In this document: positions 37,740-46,492 of the stretch, piece after piece
Layout: the number at the start of each line of letters is the position of its first letter
How positions within the stretch are numbered: position 1 is the stretch's first letter
DNA from: a virus
Length of the DNA stretch: 64,000 bases
Reading direction: 5' to 3' (one strand)
IMG/VR virus record: IMGVR_UViG_3300036795_000115
Span: 4,739 to 68,738 of that record
The notes under the pieces: model-generated
Database searches by the model: none
Told to the model about the DNA's origin: nothing
The model's input: the letters and a program-made list of their open reading frames with translations, nothing else
Made by a program: the position numbers and the translations under genes

Positions 37740-38344
37740 TGGCGTCGCACCGGCCGGCACGCCGCTCCAGGTTCGAAATCTTCCTGGTGCTCAGCGTGGT
37801 AGCGATCGGTTCGGCGACGTGGATCGGGATCTCCGTCTCCCATCACCAGGACGATGAGAAGCGGACCGCGATGGCGCAACGCCAGGTCGCGCAACAACAG
37901 GCCAACACCCTGTCTGACCCGATCCTGAAACTGTGCGCCCAAGGCGGCGACGTAGGCGCCCGGCTGTCGGCCGCCGGGTTGTGCTCGGCGGCGGAGAAGG
38001 TGAAAACCGAACCCGACCCGGCCCCGTCCGGGCTGACCACCGCACAAGTCCAAGCCCTGATCAACACCGCGCTGGCCAGGCAGCAACCCGCCGGCCCCAC
38101 CTCCACCCAGCTGACGGGGGCGGTGCAGGCGTTCATCACCGCGAACCCCACCCTGTTCAAGGCGCCAGCGCCGACCGCCGAGCAGATCCAGTCGGCGGTG
38201 AACACCTACCTACGCGCGCACCCGGTGCAGGTGCCGCAGCCAGCGCCGGTGTATCAGATGCCGGGCCTGGGTGGCTTCACCAGCGCCCCGCAACAGTCCT
38301 GGCCGCAGCGGTGGCCTGGCGGTCGGTCGTTCCCTCAGCGCTGA
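37739..38344 (+). CDS. membrane-anchored protein
   Basis: N-terminal TM; repeated PT.AQ..AV..Y/F helices. Confidence 0.7.
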   Translation: MASHRPARRSRFEIFLVLSVVAIGSATWIGISVSHHQDDEKRTAMAQRQVAQQQANTLSDPILKLCAQGGDVGARLSAAGLCSAAEKVKTEPDPAPSGLTTAQVQALINTALARQQPAGPTSTQLTGAVQAFITANPTLFKAPAPTAEQIQSAVNTYLRAHPVQVPQPAPVYQMPGLGGFTSAPQQSWPQRWPGGRSFPQR

Positions 38345-38455
38345 CACAGCGCTCGCTGTGCGCCACGCACGGCCCCGCAAACTCCCGCCCCCTCACTGGG
38401 GGAGGGCCTCGGACGCCCTGCTCTTGGGGTGTTCGCACACAGGAGGTAAAAGATC

Positions 38456-39403
38456 ATGCGTCGACTGCTAGTCGCCGGCATTGCCGCCCTGGCGGTAGTG
38501 CTAGGTCTCGTTGTATCTACGGGTAGCGCATTCGCTGCCGATCCTGCACCGTGCAACGGTCCCGGGGGACTCGTCACGGGCTGCACCCCCGGTGCTGGCG
38601 CGCTCAAGCTCCACCCGAGTGGCGGTGCGTATGCGGGCGTACCTGGCGCAGGTCTCCTACCGCCGTGCACCGTCAACCTCCTCAGCAACTGCCGGCCCGG
38701 CGGCGATCACCACCAGGGTGGCAACTTCCCCCACAACGGCAACAACGGCCACTGGTTCCCCGGCGGCAACCTGCCCTGGGGCGGCCCGACCCTGTACGGC
38801 CACCAGCTGTGGCTCAACGCCCAGCTCGGCCTCGACATCTGCGGCTACGGCAACTCCTACGACACGTTCCTGAACCGGAACCTGTCGCACCGCTCCGACA
38901 TCGACCGCTACCTCGGCCGCAACCGCTGGCAGTCGCTCTACACCAGCGACTGCAACTCCAGCCTCGCCGTGCTCCCGGGCGGACTGAGCCTGGTCAACGG
39001 GAACCTGCTGAACCTGGACCTGCTCGGGCTGCAGGGCGCCGGCACCGTGAACGTCTGCGATTACCCGAACTGGACCACGTTCGACAGCCGCCTCGGTGGC
39101 CGTTGGGGTGGCCGCTGGGGCAGCGTCCGCAACCACTTCGGCGGCAACGCGTTCAACGAGTTCCGCCAGCTGCGCGTCAACGCGCGCTGCACCACGATCG
39201 TGATGCCGAGCTCGACTGTGGTGCTGCCGCAGGCGACGACCACCGCGACCGCGTCAGCTCCGGACCCCAGCGACAACGACGCAGCTTCGGCGACGCCGGC
39301 TCCGCTGGCTTCCGGACCGCTCCCGGCCATCGCCCCGACCAAGCCGCCGAACGAGGGCGGCTTCGACCTCGCGTACGTGCTGGCTCACGCGCGGGTTGCC
39401 TAG
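38456..39403 (+). CDS. secreted protein, candidate sortase F substrate
   Basis: Sec signal ending AFA; two repeated Cys-bounded domains; C-terminal APTKPPNEGG. Confidence 0.75.
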   Translation: MRRLLVAGIAALAVVLGLVVSTGSAFAADPAPCNGPGGLVTGCTPGAGALKLHPSGGAYAGVPGAGLLPPCTVNLLSNCRPGGDHHQGGNFPHNGNNGHWFPGGNLPWGGPTLYGHQLWLNAQLGLDICGYGNSYDTFLNRNLSHRSDIDRYLGRNRWQSLYTSDCNSSLAVLPGGLSLVNGNLLNLDLLGLQGAGTVNVCDYPNWTTFDSRLGGRWGGRWGSVRNHFGGNAFNEFRQLRVNARCTTIVMPSSTVVLPQATTTATASAPDPSDNDAASATPAPLASGPLPAIAPTKPPNEGGFDLAYVLAHARVA

Positions 39404-39406
39404 GCA

Positions 39407-40177
39407 ATGACCGATGCCGACCAGCGACGGCGGCAACAGTTCGGTAGCTGTCGGGCGAACGGATGGAGCAGTGCTGCTCTCCATGCGCGCGCCCGGCAGT
39501 CCGGACGGCCTTTGTCTCACGTTGTGTCCGGAGGCCGTCCAAGAACTCATCGCCGCCCTCGTGAAAGCGCGACGAGAAGCATTCGGCTCGTGCTGGTCGT
39601 CCTCGGACTGACCCTCGCCGGGTGTTCGCACCCATCAGCCCAGTTGTCCCCGCCGCGCCTGACCTCACCGCCGAGCTCGACGCCAGCACAGAGTGCGCCG
39701 GGGGTGTACCCGGCGGCGATCCGCATCTCCTCGATCAAGCTGAACAGCAACGAGTTCATGCAGGTCGGACTCAACGCGGACGGCACGATGGAAGAGCCAC
39801 CGCTCACCCACCCCAAATTAGTTGCATGGTACAAGAAAAGCGTTGTGCCTGGTCAGACGGGGCCTAGCATCATCGTTTCGCATGTGAACGGCGACGGCAT
39901 GGCCGGCGGGTTCGCCAAGCTCGACAACGTGAAGGTCGGCGACACGGTCGAGGTTGACCGCACCGACAGCCAGACCGCCGTGTTCAAGGTCGTCGACACG
40001 AAGCTCTACGCCAAGGCTAGCTACCCGAGCTGGGCAGCCAAGGTCTTCGGCGACACCGACCATCCCACGTTGCGGCTGATCACTTGCTCGGGCGACCTGG
40101 GCCCGGGGCCGATCTTCTACAAGTCGAACCGGGTCGTCTCCGCTGACCTGGTGCGCCTGCAGCCCAAGAGCCCGTAG
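39407..40177 (+). CDS. srtF: class F sortase, lipoprotein; true start uncertain (possibly 39581)
   Basis: LAGC lipobox; GL..DGTMEEP, VAWY, PGQTGP, SHVN (His), LRLITCSG (Cys), YKSNRVV (Asn). Confidence 0.9.
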   Translation: MTDADQRRRQQFGSCRANGWSSAALHARARQSGRPLSHVVSGGRPRTHRRPRESATRSIRLVLVVLGLTLAGCSHPSAQLSPPRLTSPPSSTPAQSAPGVYPAAIRISSIKLNSNEFMQVGLNADGTMEEPPLTHPKLVAWYKKSVVPGQTGPSIIVSHVNGDGMAGGFAKLDNVKVGDTVEVDRTDSQTAVFKVVDTKLYAKASYPSWAAKVFGDTDHPTLRLITCSGDLGPGPIFYKSNRVVSADLVRLQPKSP

Positions 40178-40400
40178 TGATCTCGCCGGGGGAGCGGGCC
40201 GCCAGTGCTGTGTTGGCTTTCCTGGCGAGAGACCTCGGTAGGGCCATCTACCTCCAGCAGAAACACCTCAAAGCCGAGGACGGCTCCTGCCTGGGCTGCC
40301 TGACTCAGCTGGCCCCACGGTGTGGCCCTGCATCATCCTGCGCCTCGCAGACGAATGCCTCGCCCGTCAGATACCGCTCCAGAGGAAGCCGTCCCCATGA
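40177..40400 (+). pseudogene. small H..CxxC..WPC protein interrupted by a frameshift
   Basis: ...HLKAEDGSCLGCLTQLAP continues as TVWPCIILRLA...SP* in another frame near 40312-40318. Confidence 0.5.
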
Positions 40401-40543
40401 GCGACTGCCGGTGCGCTCAGCGCCTCGAAGAACTCGAACGCCGGTTGGCGCGGCTCGAGAACACCACCGCCGACATCGACCGCCATGTCTTGGCCGTCGA
40501 GGAGATCGTCACCCAGCTCGGGTCGGCGCCGACTAAGAGCTGA
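40397..40543 (+). CDS. small coiled-coil protein
   Basis: GAGG RBS; ATGA overlap. Confidence 0.6.
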   Translation: MSDCRCAQRLEELERRLARLENTTADIDRHVLAVEEIVTQLGSAPTKS

Positions 40544-40560
40544 TCCACCCCCTTTAACCC

Positions 40561-40616
40561 CAGCCCTAGCCCCGGGCGCCGTTCGTCTCCTGTCGGTTTG
40601 CCCGGGGCTGGGGCTG
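40561..40616 (+). terminator. stem-loop
   Basis: CAGCCCTAGCCCCGGGC...GCCCGGGGCTGGGGCTG. Confidence 0.55.
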
Positions 40617-40638
40617 GCCCACGTTTACAGGAGCCCAC

Positions 40639-41778
40639 ATGAAGTTCGGTAAGACGCGCACCCCCGAGCTGGCCACTAGCTACACCCGCAAGCCCCGCGC
40701 GGGCGGTGTCGCGTACAACCCCCGCCAGGTCGCCGCCGCCTACAACTGCCCCATCACCCAGTTCGACGGCACCGGCGTCACCGTCGGCATCGTCGAGCTC
40801 GGCGGCGGGTACAACCCGGCCGACCTGGTGGCGATGGGGCTCAAGGCGAACGTCACGGTCGTTGGTGTCGATGGGGCCAGTTCCAAGTCCGACGGCCCGG
40901 ACGGCGCCGACGGTGAGGTGATGCTCGACGTCGAGGTGGTCGCGGCGGTCGCCCCCGGCGCCAAGCAGCGCGTCTACTTCGCCCCGAACACCGATCAGGG
41001 GTTCCTGGACGCCATCGTGCAGGCCGCTAACGAGTGCGACTACGTGTCGATCTCCTGGGGTGGGCCGGAGACCTCGTGGAGTAAGAAGACCGTCGCGGCC
41101 TACGCCGCCGCGTTCGCCGCCGCCCGAGCCAAGGGTGTGACCGTGTTCGCCGCCTCGGGCGACTCCGGCAGCACCGACGGCACCCGCGCCAACACCACCG
41201 ACTACCCAGCCTCCGACCCGTCCGTCGTCGGCTGCGGCGGCACGAAGCTGCTGCTCAACGCCGATGGCTCCCGCGCCTCTGAGGTCACCTGGGACGACTC
41301 GGACACCCAGTCCGCCACCGGCGGCGGCGTGTCCCGCCTGTTCCCCGGCCGCCAGGTCCCGGACGTCGCCGGCAACGCCAGCCCGAACACCGGCTACCTG
41401 GTCAGTGTCGACGGGCAGTCCTTCCCGATCGGTGGCACGTCCGCTGTGGCTCCGTTGTACGCGGGCATGTCGGCGGTACTGCGCCAGGCGTACGGCAAGT
41501 CCTGGGACTTCCTCAACACGGTTGTCAGCAATCCGACGATCTGCTTCGACGTCACGATCGGCGACAACGGCGGCTACAAGGCCGGCCCCGGCCGCGACCA
41601 GGTCACCGGGTTCGGCGTGGTCGACATGGGCAAGCTGCTCGCGGTACTGCAGGGCGGTGGACCCGTGGTCACCCCACCGCCGGTGGTTACCCCGCCGTCG
41701 ACTGATGCGACCGCACTGCTGGTCAGCATCGAGACGCAGATCGCGGCGTTCCTCGCCGCACAGACGCACGGTCACTAA
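40639..41778 (+). CDS. S53 (sedolisin/kumamolisin-like) peptidase
   Basis: IVELGGG, EVMLDVE (Glu/Asp), ASGDSG, PDVAGNASP, GGTSAVAP (Ser). Confidence 0.92.
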   Translation: MKFGKTRTPELATSYTRKPRAGGVAYNPRQVAAAYNCPITQFDGTGVTVGIVELGGGYNPADLVAMGLKANVTVVGVDGASSKSDGPDGADGEVMLDVEVVAAVAPGAKQRVYFAPNTDQGFLDAIVQAANECDYVSISWGGPETSWSKKTVAAYAAAFAAARAKGVTVFAASGDSGSTDGTRANTTDYPASDPSVVGCGGTKLLLNADGSRASEVTWDDSDTQSATGGGVSRLFPGRQVPDVAGNASPNTGYLVSVDGQSFPIGGTSAVAPLYAGMSAVLRQAYGKSWDFLNTVVSNPTICFDVTIGDNGGYKAGPGRDQVTGFGVVDMGKLLAVLQGGGPVVTPPPVVTPPSTDATALLVSIETQIAAFLAAQTHGH

Positions 41779-41780
41779 TC

Positions 41781-42890
41781 ATGGCCTGGCGGTACTCCGA
41801 GGAGCTCAAGGCGCGGACCGGGAACGGGTGGTCTGACGAACCGGAGCCGGAGACATCACGGTTGGCGATCCCGGAGAAGACGTCTCCGAACTCGTCACCG
41901 CGCGGCGCAGCTCCGGTTCGGCTCGTCATCTTGCACACCGCCGAGGGTGCTCGGACGGTGGCGGAGTTGGGTAACTACTTCGCCGCCGCCGCTGTGCAGG
42001 TCAGCTCCCACGTCGGCATCGACGATGACGGCATCGAGCAGTACGTGGACTACGCCCGGGAGGCGTGGACCACCCGCTCGGCGAACCCGATCAGTGACAA
42101 CGCCGAGCTGTGCGGGTTCGCGGCGTGGACCCGGGAGCAGTGGATCAACGACCACATGCCGATGCTGCGCAACGCCGCCTCGTGGGTCGCCGCTCGGTGC
42201 ACCGCCCGGAACATCCCCGTCGTGAAGCTGACCCCGGCGCAGGTCGCCGCCGGCCAGCCGGGGGTGTGCGGGCACGTCGACTGGACGGTCGGCATGAAGG
42301 ACGGGACGCACACCGACCCCGGTCCGGGGTTCCCGTGGGACGTCGTCATTTCGCTCGCTCGAGGTGGAGGAGTTCCCGTGGCCCAGGATGTGACCGCCCA
42401 GCAGGTCGACGAAATCCACCAGCAGCTTCTCGGCGTGTTGAAGGCGTGGCCCGGTGGCATCACCGATGACAAGGGCACGCCCTACAACATGCTTCAGCAT
42501 CTACTTCGTGTCTCCGTGAGCACGAACCAGGCGACGCTGATGTTGGCGCAGCTGCTCAAGCGGGCGCAGGCGAAACCGGCGGGGATGTTGCGCTCGGACG
42601 TGAACGAGATCGCCGCCACGGTGGCGCAGCACCCGGCGATCGCGGCGCTGGCCGCTCCGGACATCGCCACCGTGTCGTTCTGGAAGGACGCGGCTGAGCG
42701 CGCGGTCAAGGCCTTCGCCGGCTCGGCCCTGACCTTGTTCGGCGCGGGGCCTCTGGATGTGTTGCACATCGACTGGGAGTCGACGTTGAGCCTGTCCGCC
42801 GGTGCGGCCGTCGTAAGCCTGCTGATGTCGTTGGCGTCGTCGCAGATCGGGGCGCCGGGCTCTCCGTCTCTCGTGAAGGGAAAGTCATGA
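41781..42890 (+). CDS. endolysin (Amidase_2) fused to an r1t-type holin domain
   Basis: VILHTAEG, SSH, ELCG, GH, HTDPG; C-terminal FWKDAAERAVKAFA...DW...LLMSLAS. Confidence 0.88.
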   Translation: MAWRYSEELKARTGNGWSDEPEPETSRLAIPEKTSPNSSPRGAAPVRLVILHTAEGARTVAELGNYFAAAAVQVSSHVGIDDDGIEQYVDYAREAWTTRSANPISDNAELCGFAAWTREQWINDHMPMLRNAASWVAARCTARNIPVVKLTPAQVAAGQPGVCGHVDWTVGMKDGTHTDPGPGFPWDVVISLARGGGVPVAQDVTAQQVDEIHQQLLGVLKAWPGGITDDKGTPYNMLQHLLRVSVSTNQATLMLAQLLKRAQAKPAGMLRSDVNEIAATVAQHPAIAALAAPDIATVSFWKDAAERAVKAFAGSALTLFGAGPLDVLHIDWESTLSLSAGAAVVSLLMSLASSQIGAPGSPSLVKGKS

Positions 42891-43015
42891 GCATTTCACT
42901 GCCGCTCGCCGTGATCGCCCTGCTGCTGGCCGTGTTCAGCTTTGTGCCGGTGGCGCACAACTACCCGCTCCTCGCTGTCTCGGTGATTCTGCTGGCGATC
43001 GCTGTGATCGTGTAA
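42887..43015 (+). CDS. 42-aa 2-TM membrane protein
   Basis: MSISLPLAVIALLLAVFSFVPVAHNYPLLAVSVILLAIAVIV; coupled at both ends. Confidence 0.65.
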   Translation: MSISLPLAVIALLLAVFSFVPVAHNYPLLAVSVILLAIAVIV

Positions 43016-43386
43016 TGGCGGCGGTCAAAGTCGATCTGACCATCGAGCAAGGGTCGGACTGGCCGGGGTTGGCGTTCCCCATCTTCGACTCCGAAGGCGC
43101 CCCGTACGACCTGACCGGGTGCACCGCCCGGGGTCAGATCCGGCGGGTTCAGAATTCGGACCCGGCGCTGTTCACCTGGTCTACCTCTCCGGCCACCGGC
43201 GAAGGTTTGATCACCCTCGCCGGGAACACCCTCACTATTCGCGTGTTGGGTTCCGAGTCCACGTCGTGGGACTGGAACACCGGGCGCTACGACATTTACC
43301 TGACCAACCCAGCGGCACCCGTGGGACAGCGTGTATTCCGCATCGCTGATGGTGCCGTGTACCTCGACCTGGAAGTGACGAGATGA
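43015..43386 (+). CDS. putative fibre adaptor (BppU-like)
   Basis: DLTIEQGS, YDLTGCTARGQIR, RYDIYL...G. Confidence 0.65.
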   Translation: MAAVKVDLTIEQGSDWPGLAFPIFDSEGAPYDLTGCTARGQIRRVQNSDPALFTWSTSPATGEGLITLAGNTLTIRVLGSESTSWDWNTGRYDIYLTNPAAPVGQRVFRIADGAVYLDLEVTR

Positions 43387-43592
43387 GCAACCCTGTTCGC
43401 CCTTGTTTGGGCTGTGGTCAGAGCGATGATCACCCGCGACACGTCATTGACCTTGACGGTCAGAACGTCGCAAATTGGCATCACGACTGCCACTCGGTGA
43501 TCACCAACTGTGAACTTTGCGCTCCCATTGTCAAGGGCGCAAAAGGCAAGACCGGGGACGACCTCCGGAACTACATCATCGAGAAGGGCTGA
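43383..43592 (+). CDS. small Cys/His protein
   Basis: C.GCGQ.DDHPRH...HHDC...C..C. Confidence 0.65.
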   Translation: MSNPVRPCLGCGQSDDHPRHVIDLDGQNVANWHHDCHSVITNCELCAPIVKGAKGKTGDDLRNYIIEKG

Positions 43593-43594
43593 CC

Positions 43595-44002
43595 ATGACC
43601 AGCGGAGTCGTTCAGGTCGAGGCAAACGCACTGCTTACTTCCAGCGTGACGGGAGCGTCGTACACCGCAGCCACGGGCGCGATCAACCTTGCACTCATCG
43701 TTACTGGTACGGCGTCGAGCGCAACCGTGGCGGGCACCGAGGCCACCAACGCTGGCGGGTCTACCTACGCCCGTGCGGCCACTACCGGTAAGTGGGCTAC
43801 CGCTGGTAGCGGCGCGATCGCCACCAACGCTGTCATCAGTTTCACGAACATGCCGGCCATCACGGTGACCGGTATCGAGTTGTGGGACAGCGCGGGCACC
43901 CCGATTCGTCGGTGGTGGGGCACGCTGGGCACCAGCAAGGTACTGGGACTAGGAGACACACTTTCGTTCGCATCAGGTGCGATCTCGATCTCGATGGTCT
44001 GA
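43595..44002 (+). CDS. small phage tail-fibre-family protein
   Basis: LAL..GTE..YAR..N..ISF..MPA.TVT.IELWD..SK....GDTL.F. Confidence 0.75.
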   Translation: MTSGVVQVEANALLTSSVTGASYTAATGAINLALIVTGTASSATVAGTEATNAGGSTYARAATTGKWATAGSGAIATNAVISFTNMPAITVTGIELWDSAGTPIRRWWGTLGTSKVLGLGDTLSFASGAISISMV

Positions 44003-44090
44003 TTGTCAAGGTGTCTCCCACGCCAAAGGCGTAGGAGCCCGCACGTATGCCCCGGTCACTGTTGGTTGATGTGGAAGGTGGCCGGGGCTG

Positions 44091-46490
44091 ATGGCAGTCG
44101 CATTCGACGCTGTAGGGCCGTCCTCGGCGGGCAACACCGGTACCAGCTCGGTCACGTCGGCGTCGTGGTCGCACACCTGCTCCGGCGCAAACCGGGTAGT
44201 GGTCGTCGGCGCGGCGATCGACAACGGGTCCTCTGGTAGCACCACGTGCACCGCCACTTACGGTGGCACCGCCATGACGCCCCTCGGGAAGGTCGCCTCA
44301 AACAACGCCACCGGCGGGTTCGTGCAGATGTTCGGGCTCGTTAGCCCGCCGGCCGGGGCGTCCACCGTCGCGTTGACGGTGTCCACAGCGTCGATCGTGT
44401 GCGCCGGGTCGGTGTCATTCACTGGCGCGGGTGGGTTCGGCACAGCGGTCACCGCTTTCGGCAGTAGCGCGACACCATCAGTCGCTGTCACCGGCACCAC
44501 TTCTGGGAACCTGATCGTCGATGCGGTGTGCAACGGGTCGGCGATCACCAGTAGTCATCAAACCGACCGGTGGCTGAAGAACACCTCGCTGGGTTTTGCT
44601 GCTGCCAACGCGTCGTCGTCCACGGCAGCCGCTGGCGGTTCGGTCACCATGAGCTATGCGGTGACGTCGGATTTCTGGGGCATTGTCGCGGTCGAGGTGC
44701 TGGCCGCGTCGACAAGCGCCGCCGGTACCGCATCTTTGGCCGCCGCGACGACGGTCACGGCCGCCGCGTTCACCTCCACGACCGGTGCTGCCGCCTTGAG
44801 CGCTGCCGCCACGGTCATCGCCGCTGGGCTGGGCACCTACTTCCAGGTGGCCGCCCTTGCCGCGACCACGTCGGTCGCGGCCACCGGTGTGCGGGCAGCC
44901 CCGGCGGCCGTGACGCTCGGTGCGGCCACGTCGGTGACCGTGGCGGCGACGGGGGGCTACTTCCTGGCGGCCCCTCTGGCGGCGACCACGTCAGTGACGG
45001 CCGCCGCGACGCGGGCGCTCGCCGCCTCCGCGTCATTGGCTGCGTCGAGCTCCGTCACCGCGACTGGCACTGGCGCCTACTTCCAGGTGGCTGCTCTTGG
45101 GGCTGTCACCTCGGTTGCCGCCGCCGGGGTTGCGACCGCCGCCGGCACGGCCGCCCTCACTGCCGTTACGTCGGTCGGGGCGACCGGAGTGCGGGTCGCG
45201 CCGGGTGCCTCGGCTCTCGTCGCCGCGTCTTCGGTGTCCGCGACCGCGTTCGTCTCCACGACCAGTTCGGCGTCTCTCGCCGCGAGCACCGCTGTGTCCG
45301 CGACCGGTGTGCAGATCGCCCCGGGCGCCGCCGCGATCACAGCAGCCACCACGGTCACGGCAGATGCGGTTCGGGCGCAGCCGGGCACGGCCGCACTGGC
45401 GGCTGCTACCAGTGTCGCGGCCACCGGCTTTGCCACCACGACCGGCACCGCCGCCCTCGCGGCCTCGACCACGGTCGGCGCCGCCGGTGTGCAGATCGCA
45501 CCAGCCACCGCCGCCCTCGCTGCGACGACGGTGGTGGCCGCGACCGGTGTGCGGGGGCAGTCGGCGACCGCCGCCCCTGCCGCACTCACATCCGTGTCGG
45601 CCACCAGTTTTGCGACCACGGCCGGCTCGGCGTCTCTGACCGCTGTCACCTCGGTGACCGCCGATACCGCCGGGTCCACCAGTGCAACGGCGTCCCTCGC
45701 GGCTAGTACCGCCGTGACCGCGTCCGATGTGGTCACGATGCCCGCGACGACCTCGCTCACCAGCACAACCTCGGTGTCTGCCGCCGCCCTAGCCGCGCTG
45801 GGTGCTGCCGCCGCGCTCAGCGCAGCCACTACGGTCACCGCCGCAGCGGTCCGTGTTCAACCCGGTGTTGCTGCCCTGTCGGCCGGCACAGCTGTGTCCG
45901 CGACCGGGACCGCCTCGACCACCGCCTCAGCGGCCCTCAGCGCCGCCACCTCGGTCACCGCCGACACCGCCGGCGGCAGCTCCGGTATCGCAACCCTGTC
46001 CGCGACCACGACGGTGGCCGCGTCCGGTGTCGTCACCACCACGGCGACAGTGTCCCTTGGCGCGACCACGACGGTCGGCGCCGCCCCAGCAGGTGCAACA
46101 GCGGGTGCGGCCACGCTGTCCGCCACCACAACGGTGTCGGCGGTCGGAACCCTGCTGGTCGCGGCTGCCGCGTCGTTGTCGGCGGCCACCGCGCTCACCG
46201 CGAACGCGGCCAACGTCGGCGGCGCCACCCTGGCTGCATCCACCACCGTGGCTGCCCAGGCGTTCGCCGATTTGGCGGCTACCGCCACGTTGGGCGCGGT
46301 CACCACGGTTGCCGGTGGCGCCCAGTGGTCCACCCAGGGCGCGGCGATGCTGCGGGCGGTCACCATCGTGACCGTGTTGGTGCGCACCAACTGGGTGCCG
46401 AAACCCGCTGCGCCCACCGCTGTGCTCACCGTGCACGCCGGGCAACCGACGGTGCTGGTCAGCCCGTTCGCCGTGTCCGTGGGGGTGTAG
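44091..46490 (+). CDS. Ala/Thr-rich beta-repeat fibre protein 1
   Basis: N-terminal globular domain then many roughly 20-aa L.A.T(S/T)V.A repeats. Confidence 0.75.
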   Translation: MAVAFDAVGPSSAGNTGTSSVTSASWSHTCSGANRVVVVGAAIDNGSSGSTTCTATYGGTAMTPLGKVASNNATGGFVQMFGLVSPPAGASTVALTVSTASIVCAGSVSFTGAGGFGTAVTAFGSSATPSVAVTGTTSGNLIVDAVCNGSAITSSHQTDRWLKNTSLGFAAANASSSTAAAGGSVTMSYAVTSDFWGIVAVEVLAASTSAAGTASLAAATTVTAAAFTSTTGAAALSAAATVIAAGLGTYFQVAALAATTSVAATGVRAAPAAVTLGAATSVTVAATGGYFLAAPLAATTSVTAAATRALAASASLAASSSVTATGTGAYFQVAALGAVTSVAAAGVATAAGTAALTAVTSVGATGVRVAPGASALVAASSVSATAFVSTTSSASLAASTAVSATGVQIAPGAAAITAATTVTADAVRAQPGTAALAAATSVAATGFATTTGTAALAASTTVGAAGVQIAPATAALAATTVVAATGVRGQSATAAPAALTSVSATSFATTAGSASLTAVTSVTADTAGSTSATASLAASTAVTASDVVTMPATTSLTSTTSVSAAALAALGAAAALSAATTVTAAAVRVQPGVAALSAGTAVSATGTASTTASAALSAATSVTADTAGGSSGIATLSATTTVAASGVVTTTATVSLGATTTVGAAPAGATAGAATLSATTTVSAVGTLLVAAAASLSAATALTANAANVGGATLAASTTVAAQAFADLAATATLGAVTTVAGGAQWSTQGAAMLRAVTIVTVLVRTNWVPKPAAPTAVLTVHAGQPTVLVSPFAVSVGV

Positions 46491-46492
46491 TC

